From positions 1 through 25,903 of the forward strand of contig JAYVXM010000029.1 in NCBI GenBank assembly GCA_043785205.1: a stretch of 25,903 bases of DNA. Direction: 5' to 3'. Positions within the stretch are counted from its first letter, which is position 1. Each line of letters starts with the position of its first letter. Under the pieces are notes generated by a model that searched no databases, had not been told where the DNA came from, and saw nothing but the letters and a program-made list of their open reading frames with translations. Of the stretch, positions 9,088-17,644 are shown in pieces. The DNA is from Bdellovibrionales bacterium (GTDB lineage: Bacteria > Bdellovibrionota > UBA1018). A program made the position numbers and the translations under genes.

Positions 9088-9192
9088 CGCACCCCCGAAC
9101 TTGCCAATAATGCGATGCGTTGTTACGGTCCCCCTGTCCGTTAACCCGCCAAGAATCAGGAGGTTATCGGTCGAGCTCTTCCCGTCGACCCT

Positions 9193-9209
9193 TTGGCACA
9201 TCGACTGCA
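9193..9209 (+). promoter_or_regulatory. Sigma54 (RpoN) -24/-12 promoter candidate
   Basis: TTGGCAC-ATCGA-CTGCA: GG-N10-GC spacing exact, one mismatch to TGGCAC-N5-TTGCA; 65 nt upstream of the lipoprotein ATG. Confidence 0.65.
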
Positions 9210-9273
9210 CTAAGGCTTCGTGAAGGTTTCAGTTTTGAACCTCAGTCCCAAAACACTTTAGGAGTGAAACGGT

Positions 9274-10044
9274 ATGAATAAGTCCCTTTTGAATCAATCC
9301 CTGATGGGCCTCGCGGGCATTGCGATGCTGGCCGGCCTAGCCGGCTGTAACGGCAGTTCCGGGGGCGGCGGCGGCAGCGTTATCGTCATCGATCCGATCG
9401 TTTATGCTTGGTTTGACGTGTATGGAAATGGCTGCGCGACCGCGGCGGCCGGCCCAAGCCCTGGCTGTAACTATTATGCTTACGGAAATAGCCTCGTGAA
9501 GATCATGGACTTCGAAGATCCGTACTTCAACAGCTCCTACCTCCCGCAATACGACAGCTGGACCTACTACCTCAACGGCGTGCTTTATCAGTATGACGGC
9601 TGGGCGTGGCTCTCGCCAAACGGGATTCTGTATGATGACGCTGGCAATGCGTTGAACAAGAAAAAAGGCTCCGGCGGCCGCGACATGGTTCGCGACGTTG
9701 CCCAAGCCGAAGCGAAGATCGTCGACAAGGCCGGTAAGGACCTCGCCGCGAAGTACAACCTCTCCGTTTCGAAGGGCGTGCAAATTGCCCGCACTCTGAA
9801 CGAATGGGCGAACATCGGCAAGCAACGCGCGAAGACCGAAAAGGACTTCGCCGAGTTTTCGCAGAAGCTTTACGGCGTCGACTACACTCGCGTGAAGAAC
9901 GCCGTTCTTTCCGCGATGAACGGCGACAAGGCTGACATGAAGGCCACCGTCGCTGACGCTGCGAAAAACTGGGGAACGAACGAAGAAACGATGAAGCAAG
10001 TTCTCAAGAATTGGTATCGCGACCAAGTTCCAGGCCTCGATTGA
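9274..10044 (+). CDS. Lipoprotein of unknown function (256 aa)
   Basis: Lipobox LAGC, Gly/Ser linker, Tyr/Trp-rich N-domain and helical Lys/Ala-rich C-domain; SD TTAGGAG; own terminator. Confidence 0.9.
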   Translation: MNKSLLNQSLMGLAGIAMLAGLAGCNGSSGGGGGSVIVIDPIVYAWFDVYGNGCATAAAGPSPGCNYYAYGNSLVKIMDFEDPYFNSSYLPQYDSWTYYLNGVLYQYDGWAWLSPNGILYDDAGNALNKKKGSGGRDMVRDVAQAEAKIVDKAGKDLAAKYNLSVSKGVQIARTLNEWANIGKQRAKTEKDFAEFSQKLYGVDYTRVKNAVLSAMNGDKADMKATVADAAKNWGTNEETMKQVLKNWYRDQVPGLD

Positions 10045-10073
10045 TCGATTCCTAGTCACAATCACTGAGAAGA

Positions 10074-10103
10074 CCCCGGGAGAGAAATCTCCCGGGGTTT
10101 TTT
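10074..10103 (+). terminator. Rho-independent terminator (possibly bidirectional)
   Basis: 10-bp stem CCCCGGGAGA/TCTCCCGGGG, GAAA tetraloop, followed by TTTTTTCTTT; between convergent genes. Confidence 0.9.
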
Positions 10104-10147
10104 CTTTCAATGACCTGTGAGCCTAAACCAAAAGGTAGGCCAGACGC

Positions 10148-11038
10148 CTATTTATTCACGGTCGTGACGGCTTCGCCACCGCGGTCATCGCGGAGGACGA
10201 CGATCACGCTCGTCACCGCCGGAAGCGGGTTCGCCGGCGTATAGCGGTTTTCGACACCCGGATCGGTTCGGGTGTACCGAATTTCGCCGGCGGTCACGAG
10301 CCAGGTGACGGTGAGTTTTTCGACTTTCGTCTCGGGCGTCCCATTCGAATCGACGAGGGTATAAGTTTCGGCGGCGCCGGTCCCCGCGGCGGAGTTCACG
10401 GGGAAGAGGTCGGTCGTGAGGGTGTAGGTCGCGGCGTCGACGCCGTTAAACGTGAGCGCCGGCGAACCGAACGTCGGGTTCTGGTTCTTCGTCGCCTTCG
10501 TCGAAACGATCACGCGCTTGAAAGCGGTGACGGCTTCGGTCGGAGACGCGACGAGGTTCAGGATGACGAGGTAGCCGACCCCATTCGTCTGCTGGTACGC
10601 GGGTCGGGGCGAACCGGTTCGCGGATCGAGGAAGACGATTCCGGCGGCGGGAATCGTGAACGCGGGCGTCGTGAGGACGCCATAGAAATTCGTCGCCGCG
10701 CTCCCCGGGGTGAACGATCCGGAGGCCGTGATCACCGTTCGGGTCGGATTCCCCGCGCAGGTCGGCGTCGCTCCGATCCCGACTCCGGGATCGACGCAGG
10801 ACTCGAGGGAATACGTGAGCGCGCGGCCGGCGCCGCGCGGATCGGAGACGTGAAACGCGACTTGGATTCCGGCGTCTCCGGCGTTGAATTCCGCGGCGGC
10901 GCCGACCACGTTCGCGGCTAGCACGCGGAGGCGGTCGAGGAGGAAATAATCCGGGAGATCGTTCGTGCCGCAACCGACGGCGGCGGCGGCGAGGACCATC
11001 GGAGGAAGACACTGGCGAAAGATTTTCGCGAACCCCAT
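10148..11038 (-). CDS. Lipoprotein, probable partner of the TonB-dependent receptor (296 aa)
   Basis: Lipobox AVGC; DRLRVLA near N-terminus and LRDDRGG near C-terminus; start overlaps the receptor stop (TGATG). Confidence 0.85.
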   Translation of the reverse strand: MGFAKIFRQCLPPMVLAAAAVGCGTNDLPDYFLLDRLRVLAANVVGAAAEFNAGDAGIQVAFHVSDPRGAGRALTYSLESCVDPGVGIGATPTCAGNPTRTVITASGSFTPGSAATNFYGVLTTPAFTIPAAGIVFLDPRTGSPRPAYQQTNGVGYLVILNLVASPTEAVTAFKRVIVSTKATKNQNPTFGSPALTFNGVDAATYTLTTDLFPVNSAAGTGAAETYTLVDSNGTPETKVEKLTVTWLVTAGEIRYTRTDPGVENRYTPANPLPAVTSVIVVLRDDRGGEAVTTVNK

Positions 11039-13392
11039 CAGAACTCCCCTTTCACGCCGAACGACGGAATGATCGGCAACCCCGTCACGTCGGTTCGTTT
11101 CGAATAGTCGTAGGAATAACTCACGTTTTCGACGTTCTTATGGTTCGTCGCGTTTTGGACGTCAAGATACGCGGTCAGGATGAGCGTGTTGAAGATCCAT
11201 TTCTTATCGGCCCGTATATCGAGTTGATAAAACGGTCCGACGCGCTCGCTGTAGTACGGACCGCGAATCGGAACGTACGCGTCGTTATCCGCGTCGAAAG
11301 TGGCGCCGATGACCGGCGTGATCGGATTCCCGGTAACGTACCGGAATCGCCCGGCGACCCGCCAGTTTCGGGGGAGATCCCGGCCGACGATCAGATTGAA
11401 ATTATGGGTCTGATCGTACGCCGAAGGGTACGTCGGCTGGCCCGGCGACTCGCGGATACTCCGCCCGATCGTATAGGAAAGCCACCCGTTCCAGGGATTC
11501 GCCTCCAAGCGGAGGAGCATTTCGAGTCCGTAGGCGTGACCGGTTCCGCCGTTATTATAGAATTCCGGTGAGGCGACGCCGTTTTTCGTGACGAGCGCGG
11601 TCGACGGAATCACGAGGTGATCGAATTTTCGGTAGAACGGCCCGCCCGTGAAGATGAACCCGTTCGAAGAGCCGGCCCGAAAATCCTCTTCGTAACCGAT
11701 CGCGAGGTGGGTGGCGCGCGGGGCGGTCAAATTCGGATTTCCGACCTGGTCGCTCGTCTCCTGGGGTTGGGGCGGCTGGTAGTAGAGTCCGGTCGCGAAA
11801 CGAAACGAACGGAAGGGCGTGAGCGCACGCTTGATCGCGAATCGCGGAGAGACGTGGGCCTCGTTGATCGCACTGAAGTAATCGAAACGAAGTCCGGGTT
11901 TCAGCGACCAGGCGGTCGAAAGGCGAAGGTCGTTATTCAGATAGGCGCCGACGTTCTGGCTCGTCGACACGATCCCGACCTTACGCTGTTCGCCGGTAGA
12001 AACGGGATTCGAAACCCCGCCGGCGGAATAGAAGTTCGGAAAATTCAGGTCGACCCTCGCCCACCCGAACGAATTATCGAGCCCGAAATACGAAGCGAAA
12101 CTTTCGGTCCAGTGATGCTCGAGCTCGTAACGGTTCGAAATCGTATAGAGGTAAAGTCGGAAATACTGGTCGTCGAGATCGAACTTCACCCAGTCCTTCC
12201 CTAGACCGAGCGAAAAACGGCTGACCGTGCGATCGCTGTGCCGATGGGTCCACTGCGGAATAAGGCGAACGAACGAAGTCTTCGTGTCGAAATTTCCGCG
12301 GATCTTCGGGTCGTTTTCGGGCGGGTCCTTCAAGACGAACCCGAGCGAGTCCTGAGACGCGATCAGGTCGAAGCGGAAATCGTCGCGCTCGGAAAGGGGA
12401 GTATCGTAGACGAGGGTAAAGTCGGTGAAGGTCGGCGCGGCCGTGAGGTCGGTCTTGTCGCTCTTGTCGCTCTTGTCGTCTTTCTTGTGACTTTCGGCTG
12501 CCTTCAGGAGCTCTCCGATATAGCTCCGCCGAAAACCGAGCGTCAGCGATCCCTTCTCCCCGACCGGCGTTTCGATCGCGGCGCCGGCATTGATGAAGTC
12601 GGCGTAGGCGAAACCCTTCAACCGGTCGCGATCCGGCTTCCGCGTCCAGACGCCGACGATCCCGCCCATCGCTCGCCCGTACTCGACACCGTAGCCGGCG
12701 GAAAGATAATCGACGCGTTCGAGCGCCTCGGGAAGCACGACCGAAGAAAACCCGCCGAAATGGAAGATGATCGGGACTTCGTGGCCGTCGATCGTATACC
12801 GGGTATCCTGGGGCGCCGAACCCTGGATGATGACCTGGGAGGAGAAGCTCGCGGCGCGGGAGACGCCGGGCATGTTCTGGACCGCCTTGATCGGGTCGTT
12901 GTTCGCGCCGGGAAGTTTTTGGGCGAGCGACGCCTTCAAACTCTTCGCCGAGTCGTCGCCGGAATCGAGCTTTCCGTACACGGTCGTTTCGTAAACTTGG
13001 TACGAATCGCGTTCGAGATAGAGCGTCCGTTCGACGGCGCCGTCGGCGGGCCACTGTTCCGTCTTGCGCGAATAGCGAACGTAACCCGTCACGTTCACGA
13101 GAAGTTCGAACTCGCCTTCCGGCACGCCCTCGATTCGAAAACGGCCGACGGCGTCCGTCATCCCCTTGAGTTTCGCGGGGAGCACGTACACGTTCGCGTC
13201 CGGTACCGGCTTCTGGGTTCCTTTTTCGACGAGGCGCCCGGAGACGACGAGCGTCGCCGCGTTCGGATCGACTTCGGACGAAACCGGCCCGAGCGACGCG
13301 ACGGGCGTCGGCGAGGCCGCGTTCGCAGCGAACGGTCCGAATTCGCCGAGGAGGAGGAGGAAAGCAAGGAGGACCGGTTTCATCGATTTCAA
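11038..13392 (-). CDS. TonB-dependent outer-membrane receptor with N-terminal carboxypeptidase-regulatory-like domain (784 aa)
   Basis: Signal peptide; VSGRLVEKGTQKPVPDANV...TDAVGRFRI N-domain; plug VQNMPGV...YTIDGHEV...LERVDYLSAGYGVEYGRAMGGIV; LKPGLRFDYF barrel strand; C-terminal GVKGEF. Start TTG 13392 (alternative ATG 13383). Confidence 0.93.
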   Translation of the reverse strand: MKSMKPVLLAFLLLLGEFGPFAANAASPTPVASLGPVSSEVDPNAATLVVSGRLVEKGTQKPVPDANVYVLPAKLKGMTDAVGRFRIEGVPEGEFELLVNVTGYVRYSRKTEQWPADGAVERTLYLERDSYQVYETTVYGKLDSGDDSAKSLKASLAQKLPGANNDPIKAVQNMPGVSRAASFSSQVIIQGSAPQDTRYTIDGHEVPIIFHFGGFSSVVLPEALERVDYLSAGYGVEYGRAMGGIVGVWTRKPDRDRLKGFAYADFINAGAAIETPVGEKGSLTLGFRRSYIGELLKAAESHKKDDKSDKSDKTDLTAAPTFTDFTLVYDTPLSERDDFRFDLIASQDSLGFVLKDPPENDPKIRGNFDTKTSFVRLIPQWTHRHSDRTVSRFSLGLGKDWVKFDLDDQYFRLYLYTISNRYELEHHWTESFASYFGLDNSFGWARVDLNFPNFYSAGGVSNPVSTGEQRKVGIVSTSQNVGAYLNNDLRLSTAWSLKPGLRFDYFSAINEAHVSPRFAIKRALTPFRSFRFATGLYYQPPQPQETSDQVGNPNLTAPRATHLAIGYEEDFRAGSSNGFIFTGGPFYRKFDHLVIPSTALVTKNGVASPEFYNNGGTGHAYGLEMLLRLEANPWNGWLSYTIGRSIRESPGQPTYPSAYDQTHNFNLIVGRDLPRNWRVAGRFRYVTGNPITPVIGATFDADNDAYVPIRGPYYSERVGPFYQLDIRADKKWIFNTLILTAYLDVQNATNHKNVENVSYSYDYSKRTDVTGLPIIPSFGVKGEF
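12453..12479. repeat. 9-bp tandem repeat x3 inside the receptor gene
   Basis: TCTTGTCGC-TCTTGTCGC-TCTTGTCGT, encoding the DDKSDKSDK stretch. Confidence 0.8.
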
Positions 13393-13401
13393 GGATCTCC
13401 G

Positions 13402-14070
13402 CTAGCGTTCCAAAACGAAATTATAGGCGAATTGAATTTCTACGGCGACCGGGTGGTCCTGGACTCGCGCCGGCCGAAAGTGGAAATTCTTCATCGCATC
13501 GACCGCCGCCTCGTTCAAACCATATCCGGGGCCGGAAATGAGTATCGCGCGTCGCACGCCGCCGGCGGCGTCGATCAGGAGCTTCATCAGGACCCGGCCC
13601 TGGACCTTCGCCTTCCGCGCCCCGGCCGGATAGGGGATGCGAAAATCCGTCTCGAGAACCGGCATCGCGGAAACGAGGTATTCCTCCGTCGGAATCGGAA
13701 TCGAGTCGGCGTCGTCGGTCCGAAGCTTCTCCGAGTCGGGATGCTTCGCGATCGTATTCCCGGCCTTCACCGCCGCCGCGTTCGGGTCCCCGGTCGCGTC
13801 CATCAACGCGTGCCGAGACGCCCCGAAAACGGAACGTTTTTCGGGCTCTTTTTTCGGGGGGATCAGCTTCGTGATCTGGATCGGAGCCTGGGTGGCGAGC
13901 TTCGGCGCCTCGTAGACTTCGAAATCGACGAGATCGCGTCGACTTCCCCATGGAAAGAGGACAAGTGCGATCGTGAGCGCGAATCCGACGTGAATTCCGA
14001 CCGAAACGCCGAGGGGACTTCGCCAGAACGGTAAGCGATCGGTCGAAAGGGCGTTCGCCGCGGAAGTCAT
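13402..14070 (-). CDS. tonB: Energy transducer TonB (222 aa)
   Basis: N-terminal TM helix SVGIHVGF (S-x3-H), Pro/Lys linker, C-terminal YPAGARKAKVQGRV...LNEAAVDAMKNFHFRPA TonB_C domain. Confidence 0.93.
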   Translation of the reverse strand: MTSAANALSTDRLPFWRSPLGVSVGIHVGFALTIALVLFPWGSRRDLVDFEVYEAPKLATQAPIQITKLIPPKKEPEKRSVFGASRHALMDATGDPNAAAVKAGNTIAKHPDSEKLRTDDADSIPIPTEEYLVSAMPVLETDFRIPYPAGARKAKVQGRVLMKLLIDAAGGVRRAILISGPGYGLNEAAVDAMKNFHFRPARVQDHPVAVEIQFAYNFVLER

Positions 14071-14495
14071 GGACCCGTTTTCTCGGGGCGTTCGATTTGG
14101 AGGGCGAACCGATTCATCCCGGCGCTCTTCACGAGGTCGATCGCACGGACGACGTCCGCATGACGGGAATCCCCGTCGGCGGCGATGATCGCCTGGGAAT
14201 CGGGATTCTTAGCCAGCGCGGCCTTCACCGCCGCGGTTACCGCTTCCTCGGTCGCGATCGTACCGTTCACGAGGATCTGGCCCTGCCGAGTGACCGCGAT
14301 TCCGAGCGTCTCGATCGCGGATCCGTCCGCGGCGGAGGCCTTCGGAAGCTTGATGCCGAGAGTATCCTTTACCAGCGCCGGCGCGGTGACGATGAAGATC
14401 ACGAGGAGGACGAGCACGACGTCGACGAACGGGGTGACGTTGATGTCCGAAATGAGCGGATCGTCCTCGGTCGAAGACGGGAGACTCGCGGCCAT
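14067..14495 (-). CDS. exbD: Biopolymer transporter ExbD/TolR (142 aa)
   Basis: SDINVTPFVDVVLVLLVIFIV with conserved TM Asp; IIAADGD motif; start ATG 14495 overlaps exbB stop (TGATG), stop overlaps tonB start (ATGA). Confidence 0.93.
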   Translation of the reverse strand: MAASLPSSTEDDPLISDINVTPFVDVVLVLLVIFIVTAPALVKDTLGIKLPKASAADGSAIETLGIAVTRQGQILVNGTIATEEAVTAAVKAALAKNPDSQAIIAADGDSRHADVVRAIDLVKSAGMNRFALQIERPEKTGP

Positions 14496-15115
14496 CAGAC
14501 CCGATCCCGAAGGATGAAGCGCGAAAGGTAAAGATCGCGGATCGATTCGCAATCTGCCAGGGCGCCCTTGATTCGCGTCGAAAAGGTATTATAGGCGACC
14601 ACGGCCGGAATCGCGACGAAGAGGCCGATCGCGGTCGCGATGAGCGCCTCGGCGAGCGAAAAGATGACCTGGTTCATCGCCGCGCTCGAGGTGGCAAGGG
14701 CGCCGAAGGACTGGATGATCCCGAGAACGGTTCCGAAGAGCCCGATGAACGGCGCGTTCGATCCGAGCGTGGCGAGCACGGAAAGTCCGCGCGAAAGGTC
14801 GGCGCGTTGGTCGGCCAAGTAGGAGCGTTGGGCGTAGGCGATCGCTTCGCTCCCCTGCGGGGCCGCGAGAATTTCGCGCATCGATCCGGCCTGGAGCGAG
14901 GTTCCCTTGAGGGCCCAGCCCTTGAGGCCGGCCGCGTCTCCCGAACGGATCATTTCGCGCGCGCGCGCGGAATCCGAATCCGTCACGTAAGCGCCGATTT
15001 TCTTCCGCCGATCGATCATGATCGCGCCCGACCATACGGAAAGGACGAGGAGAAGGACGAGGACGAGCTTCGTCGCGAAGCCGATCAGATGGATCCAGGT
15101 CGGGGTCGATGCCAT
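14495..15115 (-). CDS. exbB: MotA/TolQ/ExbB proton channel protein (206 aa)
   Basis: LATLGSNAPFIGLFGTVLGIIQSF and AEALIATAIGLFVAIPAVVAYN motifs; likely start ATG 15115 (longer ORF would overlap the ferredoxin). Confidence 0.93.
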   Translation of the reverse strand: MASTPTWIHLIGFATKLVLVLLLVLSVWSGAIMIDRRKKIGAYVTDSDSARAREMIRSGDAAGLKGWALKGTSLQAGSMREILAAPQGSEAIAYAQRSYLADQRADLSRGLSVLATLGSNAPFIGLFGTVLGIIQSFGALATSSAAMNQVIFSLAEALIATAIGLFVAIPAVVAYNTFSTRIKGALADCESIRDLYLSRFILRDRV

Positions 15116-15158
15116 AGCCTGTAGGGCTAACGGAGAACCGTGAAAACTTCCAGAACTG

Positions 15159-15488
15159 TCAGGGAATTCCGATCTCGACCCGGAGCGAAAATTCCACAGT
15201 TTCGGGAAAGCACTGGCAAGCGAGACGGTAACCCGCGGCGAGCTCGGCTTTCGTGAGATGACGTCGCTCCGCATCCGTGATCCGGGAGAGCCGAGGCGCC
15301 GGATCGAGGATGCGAATCCGGTCCCCGCCGCAGATTCCGTGGCCGCCGCACCGTGACCCGACCTCGAGCTCGAGGGTCTGGGCGTGGGCGAGCAGATTCA
15401 GGTTCGGTTCGACGAAATCGACCGTCGCGACGTGTGTCGTCGTCCCGTTTTCACGGCGGACGAATTCCGTACGGGGAACACTCGTCAT
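15159..15488 (-). CDS. [2Fe-2S] ferredoxin-like protein with Asp at third ligand position (109 aa)
   Basis: SRCGGHGICGGD and RLACQC motifs; start overlaps the nucleotidase stop (TAATG). Confidence 0.85.
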   Translation of the reverse strand: MTSVPRTEFVRRENGTTTHVATVDFVEPNLNLLAHAQTLELEVGSRCGGHGICGGDRIRILDPAPRLSRITDAERRHLTKAELAAGYRLACQCFPETVEFSLRVEIGIP

Positions 15489-17428
15489 TACGGGGCGGTC
15501 ACGTTCCGGAAACGGCCGTCGACTTTCGCTTCGATCTTCCCGGGATTCTTCGCGAGTTCGTCGGCGAGGATTTCCCGGAAAATCCCGAGATCGGCCAGCC
15601 GAGGCGCTTCCTTGAATTCGACGTAACCCGATCCACCCGCTTCGAGAAAGTCGAGGGTTCCTACCCGCAGTTCCCGATTCGAGATCTTCACGTTCGCCGG
15701 ATCGCGGGCGTCGTACAGCATTTCGCCGTCCTTGCCGCCGTCGTCGAGGGCGATCGTCAGAACCGCGGCGTTTGGATCGTTCCCGTCGGAATCCGGCGTC
15801 TTGCAGTCGCCGCGGCGGTACGTGACCCGTACGCCGGAACCGAGCACCGCGCCCGCTCTACCGCAGGTCCGGGCTGCATGGCTGTAGATCTTCACGAGCG
15901 TCGGAACCTTCATCGGTCCGAGGACGACCGCGTGGTTATTGAAGGGAGAGATGGCGTAGAGCTTCTCGTAACTGAACGGACCGACGTCGATGATCGTACG
16001 GACACCGCCGGTATTGATCAACGTCAAGTCGACTCCCGTGGCTTTCCGATACGTGTCGGTCAGGAAGTTCAGAAGGGCGCTCTCGTTCACGCCGTCCTTT
16101 AGAATCGGCGCTTCGGCGTAACCGAGGTTACGGTCCTTCATCGGCGCGATGTCCTTTTCACCGGCGGCAATCTTCGTCAGCGACGTCTCGGTCTCGACGA
16201 CCGGTTCGCATTCGTAAGTCAGGCGCACGCCCACGTTCTGCTCGCAGAACGCGTCGATCTGCCCGTCGCATTCGTGTTGAAACAGCATGGCGCCCGCGGC
16301 GACCCGGGTTTTTTCGCGAATGATTTTCTTCGCCTTCGTATCGACCACGAGATCGATCCGGCCGAACCGTTCGCCGTTCGCTCCGGACTGAATGCCGTAG
16401 ACCCCGTTCGAGTTCACGAGATTGATCGAATGGGTATGGCCGCCGATGACGGCGTCGACCGCGTCGGGCCGGTAGGCCTGGAGCGCTTGGATCAGCTTCG
16501 TAAGATTCTTTTCGTTATTGATGTCGCCGTCGTGGATGACGAGGACGAAAACGTCGGCCTTCCCTTCGAGGGATTCCCGGACGGACTTGTACTCGTCGGC
16601 CGGATTCCGGAAGCAGAGATCGCTTACGTTCGCGGCGGTCGTGAGCGTCGGGGTGCTCGGGTTATCGAGTCCGATGATCGCGACGCGTACGCCGGAGACG
16701 TTCTTGAGCAGGTAGGACTTCAGGAACTCCGGGCGCTCGGCGTGGGACCAGTCGAGCGGTCCGGTCGACTCGCAGCCTTCGGATTGAACGGTCGCCGGTT
16801 TTCCGTCGAGGGTTTTCAACGACGCCTTCAGATAGGCGTTCGACGAAAGGAGCGGAAACGGAGCCGCGTTCGCGAGCTTCTTGATCACGCCGCGGGGATC
16901 TCCGGTCGATCCCGCGGGAACTTGGTCGACGAGCCAGCCTTCGGGACCGAAATCGTAGTCGTGATTCCCCGGCACGACGGCGTCGTAGCCGACGTCGGCG
17001 AAGAGGGAGAACATGAGCGCGCCTTCCGAGTAGTTCGAGAGGAGCGTCCCTTGAAATTGGTCGCCGCCGTCGAGAACGAGGAGGCCGCCGCGCTCTCCGT
17101 AACGCTTCGTCATCCCATCGCGAACCGATTTCACGGCGCCGGCCCAGAAGGCCATCCCGCCGTACGGCTTCCCGTCCTTCGTCATTTTCGGTTCGATCGC
17201 GCCGTGGATATCGTTCGTCGCGAGGATCGAAAGGAGCGATTCGTTCGCGGCGAGCGCGACGGGCTGTTTCGAGCAGGTCAGCGTCGGTGCCGGAGCGAGC
17301 GGGACGCCGCCGCCCTCCGCCGCCGGGCTCGGTGCCCGTCCTCGGTGTCGGCTATCGCAGCCGACCGTCGCGAAAACGAGAGCGGAAACCAGGGAACCGA
17401 AAACCATCGACCGCGTGTTCAAATTCAT
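15488..17428 (-). CDS. Lipoprotein 5'-nucleotidase / UDP-sugar hydrolase (UshA-like, 646 aa)
   Basis: Lipobox TVGC; metallophosphoesterase motifs TNDIHG, LDGGDQFQG, GNHDYDFG, GGHTH; C-terminal nucleotidase domain NTGGVR...SPFNN. Confidence 0.93.
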   Translation of the reverse strand: MNLNTRSMVFGSLVSALVFATVGCDSRHRGRAPSPAAEGGGVPLAPAPTLTCSKQPVALAANESLLSILATNDIHGAIEPKMTKDGKPYGGMAFWAGAVKSVRDGMTKRYGERGGLLVLDGGDQFQGTLLSNYSEGALMFSLFADVGYDAVVPGNHDYDFGPEGWLVDQVPAGSTGDPRGVIKKLANAAPFPLLSSNAYLKASLKTLDGKPATVQSEGCESTGPLDWSHAERPEFLKSYLLKNVSGVRVAIIGLDNPSTPTLTTAANVSDLCFRNPADEYKSVRESLEGKADVFVLVIHDGDINNEKNLTKLIQALQAYRPDAVDAVIGGHTHSINLVNSNGVYGIQSGANGERFGRIDLVVDTKAKKIIREKTRVAAGAMLFQHECDGQIDAFCEQNVGVRLTYECEPVVETETSLTKIAAGEKDIAPMKDRNLGYAEAPILKDGVNESALLNFLTDTYRKATGVDLTLINTGGVRTIIDVGPFSYEKLYAISPFNNHAVVLGPMKVPTLVKIYSHAARTCGRAGAVLGSGVRVTYRRGDCKTPDSDGNDPNAAVLTIALDDGGKDGEMLYDARDPANVKISNRELRVGTLDFLEAGGSGYVEFKEAPRLADLGIFREILADELAKNPGKIEAKVDGRFRNVTAP

Positions 17429-17574
17429 AGGCGTGGAGTACCCCGGACGCAGCAGGGTGTCAATTGGGCGAAACCCCTCCTAAGTCGGTGATAACCACTC
17501 GAAATAAAACACTTTTATCCAAAAAATCGGATCAGTGGGGGTGCCGAAAAAGACGGAATTCTGACACTCCCTTT

Positions 17575-17600
17575 TTAAGGGCGAAATCGCGTTCCGATGT
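17575..17600 (+). promoter_or_regulatory. Possible sigma28 (FliA)-type promoter
   Basis: TTAA-N14-TCCGATGT versus TAAA-N15-GCCGATAA; 44 nt upstream of ATG 17645. Spacing and ends are imperfect. Confidence 0.3.
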
Positions 17601-17644
17601 CACACTAGGAAGTGAGGAATGGCGTGAAAAAAGAGAGAGCTAGG

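Noticed and set aside
15116-15158. Cobalamin riboswitch or Fur box before the Ton genes; 5-bp hairpin TAGCC/GGCTA over the exbB start
   Set aside because: Gap is only 43 nt with no B12-element or Fur consensus; the hairpin is too short to distinguish from chance.
14496-15274. Longer ORF-track starts for exbD (14552) and exbB (15274)
   Set aside because: They overlap the upstream genes and add non-conserved sequence; 14495 and 15115 fit coupling and domain starts.
17429-17644. Small RNA or riboswitch in the nucleotidase/peptidase divergent spacer
   Set aside because: No extended stems or recognisable family motifs; consistent with two back-to-back promoters.
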